From NCBI GenBank assembly GCA_050575255.1, contig JBNZDD010013678.1:3664154-3728153 (forward strand): 64,000 bases of DNA, given 5' to 3'. Under the pieces are notes generated by a model, which was given only the letters and a program-made list of their open reading frames with translations, was not told where the DNA came from and searched no databases. Position 1 is the first letter of the stretch. Each line of letters starts with the position of its first letter. The stretch is from Harriotta raleighana. Its lineage: Eukaryota. Below are positions 1 to 12,602 of this stretch, piece by piece. Made by a program: the position numbers and the translations under genes.

Positions 1-152
1 TGGCAGGCAGTTACATAAACACTAAACAAACACTAAGTGAGTTTAAAGATATGAATTAATTGTCAGTGTATTCTCACAAAGCAGTAAGGCGTTGTAGTCA
101 TGATTTATGATGTTATCTGAAAGGTCTGATTGAATTGCATTCTTGTAATTTA

Positions 153-220
153 CAACAACAAAATTACACTTGAATAGCGCCTTTCTTGTCAGGTGGACGT
201 CGAAAGGCACTGGACAGTCA
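153..220 (-). mobile_element. L2-type LINE 3' end fragment
   Basis: caacaacaaaattacacttgaatagcgcctttc...ggcactggacagtca is the reverse complement of the recurrent L2 terminus with a (GTT)n tail. Confidence 0.8.
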
Positions 221-292
221 TTGTTTCAAAGGTTTTTATATAGGTAAAACCTTAGCCTGAAAATCTTCCTCTTCGAGCATGCTTACAGCCAT

Positions 293-415
293 CTCTCTCC
301 CCTACCCCCAACCCTACCCACTTCCCCACCACCATGGCTCTGAGTCACTATTAAGCTACTGAGACGCTATCCTGCGTGGAGGGCGCTGTATATGTACAAT
401 CCGTTGTTGTTGTTG
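293..415 (+). mobile_element. L2-clade LINE 3' end (divergent variant)
   Basis: C-rich 3' UTR, then gagacg...cgtggagggcgctgtata...gttgttgttgttg tail. Confidence 0.6.
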
Positions 416-1507
416 GGTACTGAATATTCCATATTTAATTTTGAAATTGGTGAAAATAAATCTCTCAATGATTACTTGACAGGAATTCACAGATGGATTT
501 TAGCAGATGGATATTGTGTACGTGTGTGATTCAGAAGTGCCTTTATTCTCTTCAGAACAGGATGGTGAATTGAGGCTATTGCAGTATTACTTACTTGACT
601 CTCAATCAGACAAACATGCAACAATAGGTGGGCTTTGACATTTACCATACTTGTAAAAGACAAATGAGAAAGGCCAAGAGCTACAGGAATACAGCAAGCG
701 CTGGAAGAAATTAAAAGGGAAATAAATACAGCATACTCTACTGCACAGACGAAAAGCAAAGGCATAGGAACAAGTAGCTGCTCCAAATATTCCAATATTC
801 TGGGGAGAATGGTTTGAAGCACCAATGGAAAGGTCATGAGCTAAGATATTCATGAAGCTATTAAACATCATCATAAAGACATTCAGATGAGAGAGTCTCT
901 GTGAAAGGGGTTTGGATTTTAAATTAAGGTTAGTTATGGCCAGCTTAGATGTTTCAACATAGAAACATTTATCACTTTCTACGTTTGTCGTAAAGTAAAA
1001 TGAGACAAATTATGGCGAAACGAATGTGAAGTAACTTAGTATTCTATCCCAGTAAGTGTTGAAACAAGTTATAATAGAAAAGACTGAGACAATCTTGTAA
1101 TATATACAATGCAATAAATAGTCCAGTTACTGACCTGAGAAGCTGTTGAAACACAATAACCAGCCACATTTGCTGACATCGGAAGGTATCAAGTGACTCA
1201 TATCTTGCCTTAATCCATTTCTGCCTCTATCATTCCCATGAAATATTGCTCACATCACATTCTAATGACTGGATGAATTTGTCTTCTGAAAATTTACTTG
1301 AAGAAAATGCTGAAAGTCTAAAGTTGCAAAGCCCACAAACTCAACAGTAGTTTAATTAGCACTTAACACTTCATCCAACTACACTGGCTCCAATCCACCA
1401 AGGAATAGAGTGCACCATTAAACTCATCTTTTCTACCTCTTTGCTTAATTAACCTTACCTAATTCTTTACCAGATTAATGTTTAACGTATGGCATAAACA
1501 GAATACA

Positions 1508-1644
1508 TTATAAACACCCACGGGATGGATAAATTTATATCCCACTTGCGCGCTGTCCATAACTCACCGGCAACTTCATTGCTCATCAGTTATCAGGTCA
1601 GCTCACTTGTGGAATATAAATTATACACCCGCGGGTCTTCATAA
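1508..1644. mobile_element. Palindromic non-autonomous DNA element (Eulor/Crypton-like hairpin)
   Basis: 1508-1564 is an imperfect inverted repeat of 1588-1644; central gcaac-ttc-attgc hairpin. Family assignment is inference. Confidence 0.6.
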
Positions 1645-1836
1645 CATATCCTTCACTACTTCAATGGCTGGTATAATTGCTCTGAATTCACTGTCTGTCA
1701 TTTTGCTACCACAGACTCGAAAGTAACAAACAGCAATGAGTGAGTTCAAGGCAGTTACACTACTTGAGTGGTGCTCTCTTGGTTTATGATGTCAACTGAG
1801 TCTCTCGATTGTGTAACTGCCTTAAGACACACTTAC

Positions 1837-2067
1837 AGCCATCTACGGAATGACATATTATCACTCAAAGAGGAACTTTGTTGCTGCTGTAAACTGTGCA
1901 TTGTCTCAACTGCATCTTTTACAGCCACATTCTGCTGGCGAGACAAGACAAGCCAGGCTACACGAGGCCTGCACGAAGACTGAATCCACCTTAATGACAT
2001 AATAGACCATTCTCTATTGCTAAATACCATACTAAAGATCTCCTTCCTTATTTTGTATAATGTTGAG
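1837..2067 (-). CDS. Possible isolated 231-nt symmetric exon, product unrecognised
   Basis: Minus-strand acceptor ccttgttctcttgtttag, donor CT|gtaagt, open frame (STLYKIRKEIFSMVFSNREW...SFRRWL), phase 2-2; no homologue recognised. Confidence 0.2.
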
Positions 2068-3793
2068 CTAAACAAGAGAACAAGGCAGCACTAACCTTTT
2101 TTTTGGAAAAGTTTTAAATATTTTTTAAGTCCGAAATTTATATATTTTGACCTTTTATTTTCATTGATCAAACAGTTTGCTAAATGTCATCTGTGCAGGT
2201 GAGACATCACAAATTATACAGGTATTACAGAAATACAGATGCACATTCACATAGACACGAGCCCTCCAATGTTGCATCCCTATAAACTTCACCAAATATA
2301 ACGAGAATACGGAAGAAGACGGCAAGATTATGAGGCTGCTTTATTAACTAGAAGCAGATGAACAAACCATTCACATGTGAAAGTGTTACAACATTGGGGT
2401 AATGTCTACCATATCCTACAAGAAGGGAAAGCTACATCTTTTGAAGCAAATATTGAGCTGGACTCTTTACAATTTCTCTTGTACAAATTTAAAGATTAAG
2501 GAGGCTTATGTGTAAGTATGCATTTGGGAATAGTCTTCCTTGTGTACATCGTATGTGTTCTGTACAAGGCACTTAGAAGATGGGATGAGCGTTTAAAATG
2601 TGTTGATATGTTTATAAGGTTGATTTGTAGAATGCTTTAGCATTCCCATTACTGGTATATTTCACTGTCATTTTGATCTTTGGTCCACATGGGATTGGGA
2701 AACATCAGAAGCATTAACACTGCATATGGACATATGACGGATGAATGAACCTTGGCTACAGCTGGCACACAGTGATTGAAACGAGGAACAGTACAATTAT
2801 TCTTATCTTTTTAAAAAAAACTAGACAAACTTTTTAAAATAACAGGTATAATCTTAAGAGCAGTGATGAAACTCTAAATGCAAAATAACGTAACATGGTA
2901 TTCACTGAGCAAACGAACAAAATATCTCTAAAAACATCAAGGGTTCATGATTTCAAGGATATTTTATTGTAAGATAATGGAAATAAGAGCCTCAGAATAC
3001 AGGTGACACTGAGTAAAAACAGGCACCAAAAGACATTTGAAGCGGAGTTAAAGCATTAAATAAAATTACCTTCTATAGCTGAGGTCTAGCCCCATGACCA
3101 TACTTCTGTTCTTCCTTTATTAGAAGTTCAAAAGCCACACTCCTTGAAGTGTGACCTGATGCTTTTTACCTCTCAATCTCATTAGGAAGTCAATATTCTG
3201 TACATTTGACAGAAAGACTTGTTTTCATTTGGAAAGACCGTGTTGAAGTACATCTCGGCAAAAATCAATTTACTGATTAAGAAAATCTAAAACTCGACGT
3301 TCCCAGATAAACAAACCCTTCTGTGGAATGCAATAAGTGTCTCTTTACTCTGATAATGTATTTTCCTATATGATGAGATTATCTTGTCACTATATTTTGC
3401 CAACAAGTCTAATAATGACTGAAGCGTAAATTGAAGAGTGCTCCAGTGGTTATTCAGCTTAATGCAAACAGATTAAAAAATTACAGTCCAAACACAAAAA
3501 CATCAGGTAGCGAAATACCAAAAGGCCCTATTTAAAACTGCAGCGTGTGTGAGTGTTAATGGGGAGGTCAGCAACAATTTTGGTAAAACACAATCAAGAG
3601 GAATTCACTATCATTTACGAGTTCAACAATACAAAACTTTGAAATTTCTCTTTTATTTGAAACTTGTATTTCACCAAAATCACAGAATCTCTGGATGTAA
3701 GTCCTACCTTCAGCTAATTTTATCTGACATTTACTATCACACTTGCCAGATTCTGTGTCTGAGAAGGGGCGGGAATTTAGGGAAAAGGGAGAT

Positions 3794-3856
3794 AACAACA
3801 ACAAAATTACATTTGTATCACGCCTTTCACTTCGATCGGAGGTTCCAAGGTGCTGG
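3794..3856 (-). mobile_element. L2-type LINE 3' end fragment
   Basis: aacaacaacaaaattacatttgtatcacgcctttcac...ccaaggtgctgg. Confidence 0.8.
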
Positions 3857-3984
3857 GACTAATGCTAAAGATTCAGGGTGACATAGTCTATTTCATATAC
3901 TGGAGGTCAAAAAGGATATAAATAGGCATTTGTTGGAATATTTCTGCTGCATTTTAGCTTTATATGGTCTATAACTGGATTCTG

Positions 3985-4125
3985 TTTCTGTGTGTGTTTG
4001 TGTCTGTGTGAGAGAGAGAGTTTGAGTGGCGAGAGGGACTGCGTTTGTGTGTGAGAGTGTTTGAGAGGTAAAAGAGATTGTGCGAGGGTGAAAGAGAGGG
4101 GGGGGAGAGAGCGAGACACTCTGTG
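3985..4125. repeat. Degenerate (TG)n/(AG)n low-complexity tract
   Basis: Interspersed tgtgtg and gagaga runs. Confidence 0.8.
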
Positions 4126-7100
4126 TTGGTGGGAGCAGATTAATATTTGCAGAAACACTGATAGAAGCAAAATTAGTCAATGCCAAAGAATATTGTGTAT
4201 GGATCAGAGTTTCTTCAGATAGCTAAAGTAAAACAAAAGCTACAAACATAAAAATATTTGTACCTCGGCCCCTCTCAGCCGGAACAGAACCCAATTAGAA
4301 CACTTTATTATATCAAATATGATCTTTCACAGGAAATTGTTAGTGTGAAAAAGATGAGTGACATGTGCTGGACTGACACTATTCAGTGTGCTGAGCAATG
4401 AAAACATGAATAATTGGGGACCATTTTGTGCTTGGGTCAGGATTATACATTAAAACAATATGCCTGCATCAGGAATTCTATTTGATAGAACAGATTCAAC
4501 ACATTGGAATTCTAAGCTTGGGTCAAAACCGATACTTGGATTAGGTGTGTGTGTCTGACGCCAAAGTTGCAGTGATTCTACCTTCAGTGCTTGTGAAATC
4601 AATATCATTCGACCAGAGGGGCAAACAATGTTTTTAGTTTTAGTTTTGATCTTTAGATTAAATAAAACCCACAGGGTCTTGCAGTAATGTTTTGTGGCCA
4701 CTAGGGATGGCTAATGGATTTATAACTTCTACTGTATACTTACTGAAAAGTACAGTACTTAGAACACAGTGACAATTCACTGAGTACTATGTGTTCGTTG
4801 ATGTGATGAAGTACCATTTGAAAGGATTGAATTTATAGTTTGGATCAATTGACCCGTGAAAGAGAAAGCCTGTTTAGTTTGTTGTGCACTGATAGCATTT
4901 GCTGAATTTGCCAAATTTGATTGAAATGTTTGAAATGAGTTGCTTCACAGAGTCTCACCATTTCTGAGTCTTACCATTTCCAAGTCTCCTTTCCTCTTCA
5001 TTCCCTTCCCTCCTCCACCTTATTGAAAGTAGATGTTGTGGAAGATTGCGAAGCCACCAATAGCAGCAGTAGAGACATAATGGGAGAGGGGTGAAGGGGA
5101 AGAGGCAGCAAAAAAAACAAGGAGATAATTAATTTTCCTATAAATTAGAGTTAAACTGTCAGTAAAAGTGCAGAGTGTGATTTTGCTAAAGATGCTAGAT
5201 TATGTACAATTATTTCACTTAGACTCAACGAAAATTACTTTGGGCAATTTTAGAGCTGTGTTCAATCATGCTAGAAGTGACATTTACACTAGCAATCACA
5301 TGTGTAACATAAGCAGTATTGGTGTACGATAAATTTGGCAGATACCGCATTACAAAAATAGCCACAAACAACACCAATCCTTCAAATTCTTTCCGCTTTT
5401 TTAGGTGCATTTTTCGAGGTCATTTTAGGTTTCCCATCCCTGTGCTCCACACCATACCCTGAAAATGGAAGCAGGTGGTCATCTTAATAGTTTAAGGCTA
5501 TTAGAAAGTTTCCCATGGCTTATATTAACATGTAGATAGCATGTAGATATTATTGACATTTGCTCCAAATATTTTGCCAAGTGTTTTTAGAACAATATCT
5601 ATCCAAGTCTCCCACCTGATGGGAATAAAGATCCTCCTTTTACTGCAAATTATCGAGCGAGTTGCCAAAACCTCATTTGAAATAGAAGAGGCCATACACA
5701 GCAACCCAAACTGAGATGGATATGGAGACTTCAAGACCAAGGCGTCTTTCAGTTTGTAATTATCTCCAGACAATGCCCCAGGCAATGTGTCCTGCTCTGA
5801 CTAGTGTCACTTGTGTGGTCAACACTGAGCACTTATTTCTAAATCGTTACTTACTGTCTTAAACAGGGTGACACAAGCCTTTCCTACAGAGGAAACAACT
5901 AATCCTACCTGCAAACTGCGCAATCAGTGAAGGTATTAGGACGTGGCTTTCTTATTGTACCGCATGGGTCTGTTTTGTGGAAAGGCTTTGGAGCCCGAGT
6001 TTAGTCATTTCTGTGGTTTTAACAAGCTGTGATTCAGGGCAAATTGCTGAAGTGAAGGTGGTATTTTTCGACTGTCCTCATGTCAGAATTTAGACTTGGT
6101 GCCTATTGTCCACTGGGACTAGGCCGCACTGCATTCAGTATGGATGATTGTGCTTTACAGCTGCTGAGAGCACACAGGGCCTTCTTGCTTTCTCTTCATG
6201 TGTTAAGTGAGCACCAGTCGTAGCCAAGACCTGCAAGAGAAGACTTTTTGTTCTCTGGGGAATAAATGTTTTTATGCGTTTTGCACTGTGTTTTAATTGC
6301 TTAAATGTAAATGTTTGATGTATACACTGTATCGGGATTCTAGCTCTATAGCTGATTGTACTGTACATAATTACTTCCAAAATCAAATACTAGAAACAGC
6401 TTTGGACAAACACATCAAGATGAAGTTAATAAAAAATTTATACTGTACAAAATAGATATGTAAATGTTTCTCAACTGCACACATTTTCGGAAGTAATATT
6501 GTTATTCATTAATCACCAGGTTTAAATGTGTGACAAAAATCTAACACTTAGCCTGTGGATTCTGAACAGAACAAGAATAATTAATGTTTATATATTGCTT
6601 TACATGTAAAATAAAGCCCTTGAAAGCACATCACTAATCTCCCAGTGTATGGGGGATAAATTGTACAAATGGAGCCTTTTGGGCTTCACATATGAAGAAC
6701 AAATATAAATTTAACGGCATTATATTTTCAACGTTAGAAAAAAAGTGAATGTTTTTAAACAAATTGTAATAGCTAACTTTTCAGTAAAATAGATTTTCTC
6801 TTTAATTTTATTCATGACAATATTATGTACTGGGCAAGTGTTGCACTGATAAAAATTAATGACACAACTCGCTACCTCTGATTTGCTGCCTTTGAGAAGC
6901 AAACAGAAAACATGTACTGTTATAATGAGCGGGTGTTTTAGAGAGAGCTTTTACATAGTTTATTCGCGAGGAAATCATTAGAAATTAGTGAGAAGTGTTT
7001 GCTGGTTTAGCAGATATTATTGTGAAGACAGGTTTTCCATTTCATTCAGAATCTTCCATAATAGAACACTTACTAATGAGATTGTTTTAACTTTACTTCC

Positions 7101-7321
7101 CAGAACTGCTTATCATTTGAATCCACCTATCTCATTCAGATAAATCTTTATGACTACCCTCCTGGATTGAGTGGTAGCAGAAGAAAGCCTCCCTTCTATT
7201 CTAGTCAAAACAAAATTTACAACATCACTTGAATAGTATACCAGCTTGTACAGTCTGACACTGGTATACGGAGATGCCTATAGTTCTCAATACCCCAATA
7301 TGTGGGTTGAAGAAAGGAGAT

Positions 7322-7530
7322 GCCACCTCCTCGCCTCCCTCCCTTGGCTCCTTCAAGTCCCGCCTTAAGACCCTACTTTTTCAACGATCTCATGGGTCAC
7401 CCCAAATCTCCTCCTTTCTCTCCACCCTCCCTGAACCCAACCCCAGCTCAGGTCTGAAACATTGCCTGTCCAGCGCCTTGGGACATCCTCCGACGTGAAA
7501 CACCTATACAAATGTAATTTTGCTGCTTGT
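7322..7530 (+). mobile_element. L2 LINE 3' end (ORF2 C-terminus plus 3' UTR)
   Basis: Encodes SFKSRLKTLLF (typical L2 ORF2 end), then C-rich UTR, ccttgggacatcctccgacgtgaaa and degenerate tail. Confidence 0.85.
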
Positions 7531-9654
7531 CTGCCTGCACAGCAAAAGAATAAAGAAAATACAGTACATCTGTTTATTTGTGGCAACAACGTACTCTACC
7601 AGTGATTCACTCATTTTCCTTATTTGGATGCTTTTAGGAAGGGCTCAAAAGCTAAGTGCAATAACGCCAATGATTATGTGTTTGAGGCTTTGTGGCCTAA
7701 AATATTTAACTACACTTTGGGGAAATTTGCAATTAGGACATAGCATAGCACCCAGTGGCTAAAGTGAGTGTTAGCAATTTCACTGGAATTTTAAGTACTT
7801 ATTTACCCTCTTTCCCACATGTTCAATCTCTCTGCAGTAGCTATAAAAACAGTGCGGCTTCTCAATGAAAAATCAGCCCAAAGAACTGTTACATCTTGTA
7901 TCTGTGAAGAGGATAATTATTAAATAAACTTGAATACGGGCAAACATAAAACATATTTTGTGGCTAGTACAGCCTCATTTACTGTTGACTTCGGTTCTAC
8001 ACTCGCTGAGATAATTAGATTCATGTTGCTCATTCAACTGGCTCGCATAAATGTCATTTAAGATTGCGGGTTCTGGCTTTTTCTCCTTGCTCCAAGACCC
8101 CATTCAACCTGCATTCAGACATCATGATGACAATGGCTTGGCCTGGAGTGCACTGCTTACCACTGGGATTCCAATCCAGGCATCACCGATCGGTGACCTG
8201 GCTATTGTTGTTTGTGATACTTACTGGTAAATTTCACAATCAATACAACATCAACCAGAGAAGCTCCTGGGAATGAAAAGCTGAAACAGTGCACTTAATC
8301 TTAGAGCCACATTGTGCTCCCTGCTCTGCTGCTAAACTGAGTAGTTGGCCTACTTGATACTGCATTATCGCACTAGAGGTCAGATGTGAACTGGTTTGGC
8401 ATGCTCTGATGAATGGCTGTTTGCAAAGATCCACCTCCTCTACCCAACAAAAGACAGTTAATAATGATAGACTATAACAGCACACATGAAAATCCTTGTA
8501 GCTTGTTTGCCAGCAATTGTTTCATCTGGGACTGATCTAGCGAGCTCCGGCTATAGTGTAATGCTTTCACAATTAACTGGCATTTTGCTAAAATAGGCAG
8601 ATGCAGCAGTGACAGTTTTTGAAGCATACAATATCTGTAGTGACAGCAATAACAAATTAATTGGGTCCGCAAAAGAAGCTTTATAAAGGTGAAGTAAACA
8701 CACTTGACTGTAATTTTTTTTTCACAAGCTGTTCAATCTTGATTGGTTCTAAAAATAAGCAGAAGACACAAGACGGTTTTAATGGATTTTGATGCCAAGG
8801 AATTTTGCAGGCAGTCTTGCATTTCGGAATCATGATTTAGAAAACCTCAATCGATCATATCAGGAAATGATTTTCACCTATCTATGTGTTCTTTTGTTGC
8901 ACAAGTTATCTTTAAACTGCTGCTGACGTGTTCACTCTCGCTGGTGAAGGCTGTGAAATTCAAAAGTAAAAGAGGCAAGACTGTAAAGATCTGCAAAACA
9001 TTATCCTGCTTGAAGGTCAGAACTGGAGGGTTTATTTTTCCTGCACTATAATTGCATAATCGTTGCTGTAAAGCTGAAGAGTCCACATGCTTGTACAAAG
9101 ATTGCTAATTGGGGTGAAAATGTTTCCTTTCTCCGTTACCTGGAGTGATGTAACCATGTCACATTTGATTAGGGTATGCAATGTGAATTATTAGAATTTA
9201 CCGTTGGAAGTAGAGAGGGAATTAGCGGTTAAATTAACTCCTGGAGTCTCATTATTTTTGTTGGATCCACCATGTTGTTAAAGATGGGATATTACAGCAA
9301 ACTTGTTACTGAACAAACAACACATCCATCATCCTTCACAGGTTATGACATTATGATAAATAATTTCAGGGACAAGGTCAGACAATGTATGAACATGGTC
9401 CTTTCCCCTCTGGGACTTTGGGTTTCGAGCCAAAGTGAGGGCCTCCAAATTGTTAAATACGCTATTTAAAATCAATCTGCGCAGTCACAATCCACTCCCT
9501 TCATTGTGGTTGTAAGCACAGAGAAACAAAACTGCTTCCAGATTTGATACAGTAGTACAATGATAGAAACCCACTATCCAGATACAAGGTGCGCAAAATA
9601 ATCTTTGCTTTTGATAAGAATGTTTTAGTAGAGATGTTGAGACTCCATCTTTGC

Positions 9655-9840
9655 AAAGCGCTTCACAGAATATATTGTCAAGTGGAATATATTGACTGGG
9701 CATTTTGTGAGTGAAACAAGGCAGCCAATTGCTCACAGCAGTGTCCCTTAAACGTTTATGGATTGAGTGTGACCAATTTGTTTTTTTGGGGGGAGGGATT
9801 ATTACCCCCTGGAAAGCGATCCGCCAATTGACTATCAACT
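9655..9840 (-). mobile_element. SINE fragment, long (older) subfamily
   Basis: SINE 3' body plus segment 9805-9840 matching the extra segment of the copy at 27912. Confidence 0.75.
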
Positions 9841-12426
9841 GTGGAACTGTCACTGCTGCAGTTAGAGCATTTTTCCATTGTGTGGGTAAAGTAATGAATA
9901 ACAGCTTAGCAGGTGATTGGCAATACTGTACTTGGTTATACTGCAACCATTAAGTAAAAAGCGGTAACATTTTCCAAAAACCTCATCTCAGTGAGCCAAC
10001 TGAGCCAACTCGAATCATTTTGAGGGTCTGATGACCAGATGTGGAGAGACATACCATCACAACGTATTCACTCCCGATTGGCCTGTACATTCCCAGCCGC
10101 CTGCTCCCTAGTACAAGACGCTAGGAGGGACAAATCAACAGTTTGAGGCATTGATCTGCGTGGCCATGTTCTTTGTTGTTTCCACTGTAGGGTCAGTAAA
10201 CCTTTGACTTGGGAGTTTGGCTACAAGTATCACAAACTACTCTGATTCAACGAACGCAAGCTCCTCTAACAGTTATTTTGCTCCAATAACTAGGAATGTG
10301 TTGAGCCCAGATATTTGGCAGGAGAATCATGTTCTTAGCCATATGGACCTCCTGCATGTTGAGGGAATGGAAGTCCTTACACCGTTAATATGTTAATTAA
10401 ATAAAGCAACTTGTTTAAAGACAGCTGAATAACCAGTGAGCGAGGCTCCAGTCTAAACCCTGTGTAGAATCCCAGTTGAATGACTGATGGAGGGAGTTAC
10501 TGGAATTACACTATATTTTTGTAGGTACCTTCCTATGGATCCATATTTAAATAAATATACTTTGTATTAATCTTGCTGAACATCTTATTTTTAAAAAAGT
10601 ATAGTGTAAAAATTAACATTTCTTCAAATGTTTGACAGCACACAGTGCTATGGTTCTCAGTTAGACAACTCTCTTGCTATAAGACCTTGACTCGTGCATT
10701 TTTCATCTTACGTTTTATGCTAGTTTGTAGGACATTAATTATAATGTAATTATCAGATGCAAATATTTGACCCCCCAATCGGAAACTGTAGGAGAGCACT
10801 TAGGGAAATGCCACAATTTATACCTTCAGCTCAGAATTCTCAACATTAAATAGATTTAATTATTTCATTAGCACTATTAAACAGACCTTCCCCCGCCCCC
10901 CGATTCCCCCAAATTCTGGTGATGCTGATAGTATCCGAGTGTGTACTTTGAGGGATATAAATATAAAAATTCTCGTCTGCTTACCTCCTTCCATGCCAGT
11001 TCAAGTAGACAGAAATTACTGGTGGTTAGATTTCAATGTGAAACACAGCTAATGCTCATTAAGCAGATCGGTGAGAGAGGGACACTGCATGTTATTTGCA
11101 TCCATTTGTGTTGCTCTCAAAAGTGCACAACTTGTATTCATTACTAATTTACTGTCAGTTTAAGAGGATATTCAGTAATCACAGTCACACATCCCAACAG
11201 GAGGAGTCAACACATTGTTGCAGTGGAACGTGCTTAGCCAAGCAATTGTCATGCAAGCTTTGTTATGAGTAATAATCTGGTCTTTAATGACGAAATGATG
11301 GACCTGCCAAACACTAGCGACTGCCATACACTGCCGGCACTCCACCCCCACACACACATCCCCCCCGCCAGGCAAAGAAAGATGCCCATCTGGGAGTTAT
11401 TAACATATCCTCATCAATTCAATACTGACTTTAACATAATCCATATTTGTTGGAGAAAGTCCAACACCAGCAGCAGAACAGCAGTCATATGTTGCTGTGA
11501 CACATTTCAACCAGCACATATAAAGCATGCTTGGGCAGCAAAGCACTTCAGAAATGCAAATATCAAAAGCACTTCTCTGACTAGATAAAAAGAACAAATC
11601 CCTCTTGGCAAACCATCTAAGATTCTTGTTTTGTTGTTTGAATTTTCCCAATGATGTTTGGAGCTATAAATAGGAGATCAAAGCGTGTGTTATCCCCATT
11701 ATGTCTTTAATTGGGTTATGCAGAAAGGGAATCTTCAAGTGAAAATTCATCTCTTAAAGTGTTGACAATGAGTTTCCTTTTTCCCAGGTCCTATTTTGCA
11801 CCGAGATTTTAAAAAAATGTCAAAGTCTCAATGTTTCAGTCTTTTACTGTTTATTTTTTAAAAAAATCTCAAATCTTTACATCTGTGATAGTTCATACGG
11901 TTTCTATCTGGCAGAAACTGCGGGTTTCACACACGCCCAAACATGTCACTTTACCAGAACAAAATATTCTGGCTTCCACTAAGAGATTAAACATCGAATA
12001 AAAGCAGTCAAGTCAAGAACAGATGATACTCGGATTCTCAGATTGCATATTTGCTTTCGTCTCTGAAATAACTGCAATGAAACGTCTCACAAGGTGGTTA
12101 AAAAAGAAATGTGGTTGATTTGGAAGCCTTTTCCCCCAATATGCTCTGTGTAGCCTCTGGTCCATTTACCCTCAGATAATGGGACCAATTAGACACCCAG
12201 CACTCTCCTTGGCAACGCTCCAGAACGAGCTGTGAGGTTGTGGTACTATACTGCCAATTTCCCGGAGTGTTCACACACGATAGCTACTGCTTGTTCTCCA
12301 GCTTCTGAGCCAGCCTGTCAGTTTAACACTGGAGGGACACAGCCACCGCAGGCTCATTTAAACTCACAATCTAAACATTTACACCTCAGTGTGGGAAGGC
12401 TGTTGACTATATATGAATAAAGTTAC

Positions 12427-12602
12427 AATAATATAATAAGCCTTGCATTTCAGCACCTGATCAGGTCTTTGAGAAGTCTCGAAACATTTCACAGTGCAAA
12501 ATGTAAAGTGAATTGACTGTATATTTTTTGGGGGTGAAACGCGGTAGCCGATTGCACACAGCAGATTCCCCAAAAACAGTCGTGGATTGAAGTGACCGAT
12601 TT
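12427..12602 (-). mobile_element. tRNA-derived SINE, 5'-truncated
   Basis: ccttgcattt...aaagtgaattgactgtatattt...cagtcgtggattgaa matches the family consensus seen in this window. Confidence 0.85.

Noticed and set aside
5616-5792. Minus-strand open frame ending at CAG|gtggga
   Set aside because: Acceptor lacks a polypyrimidine tract and the peptide is unrecognisable
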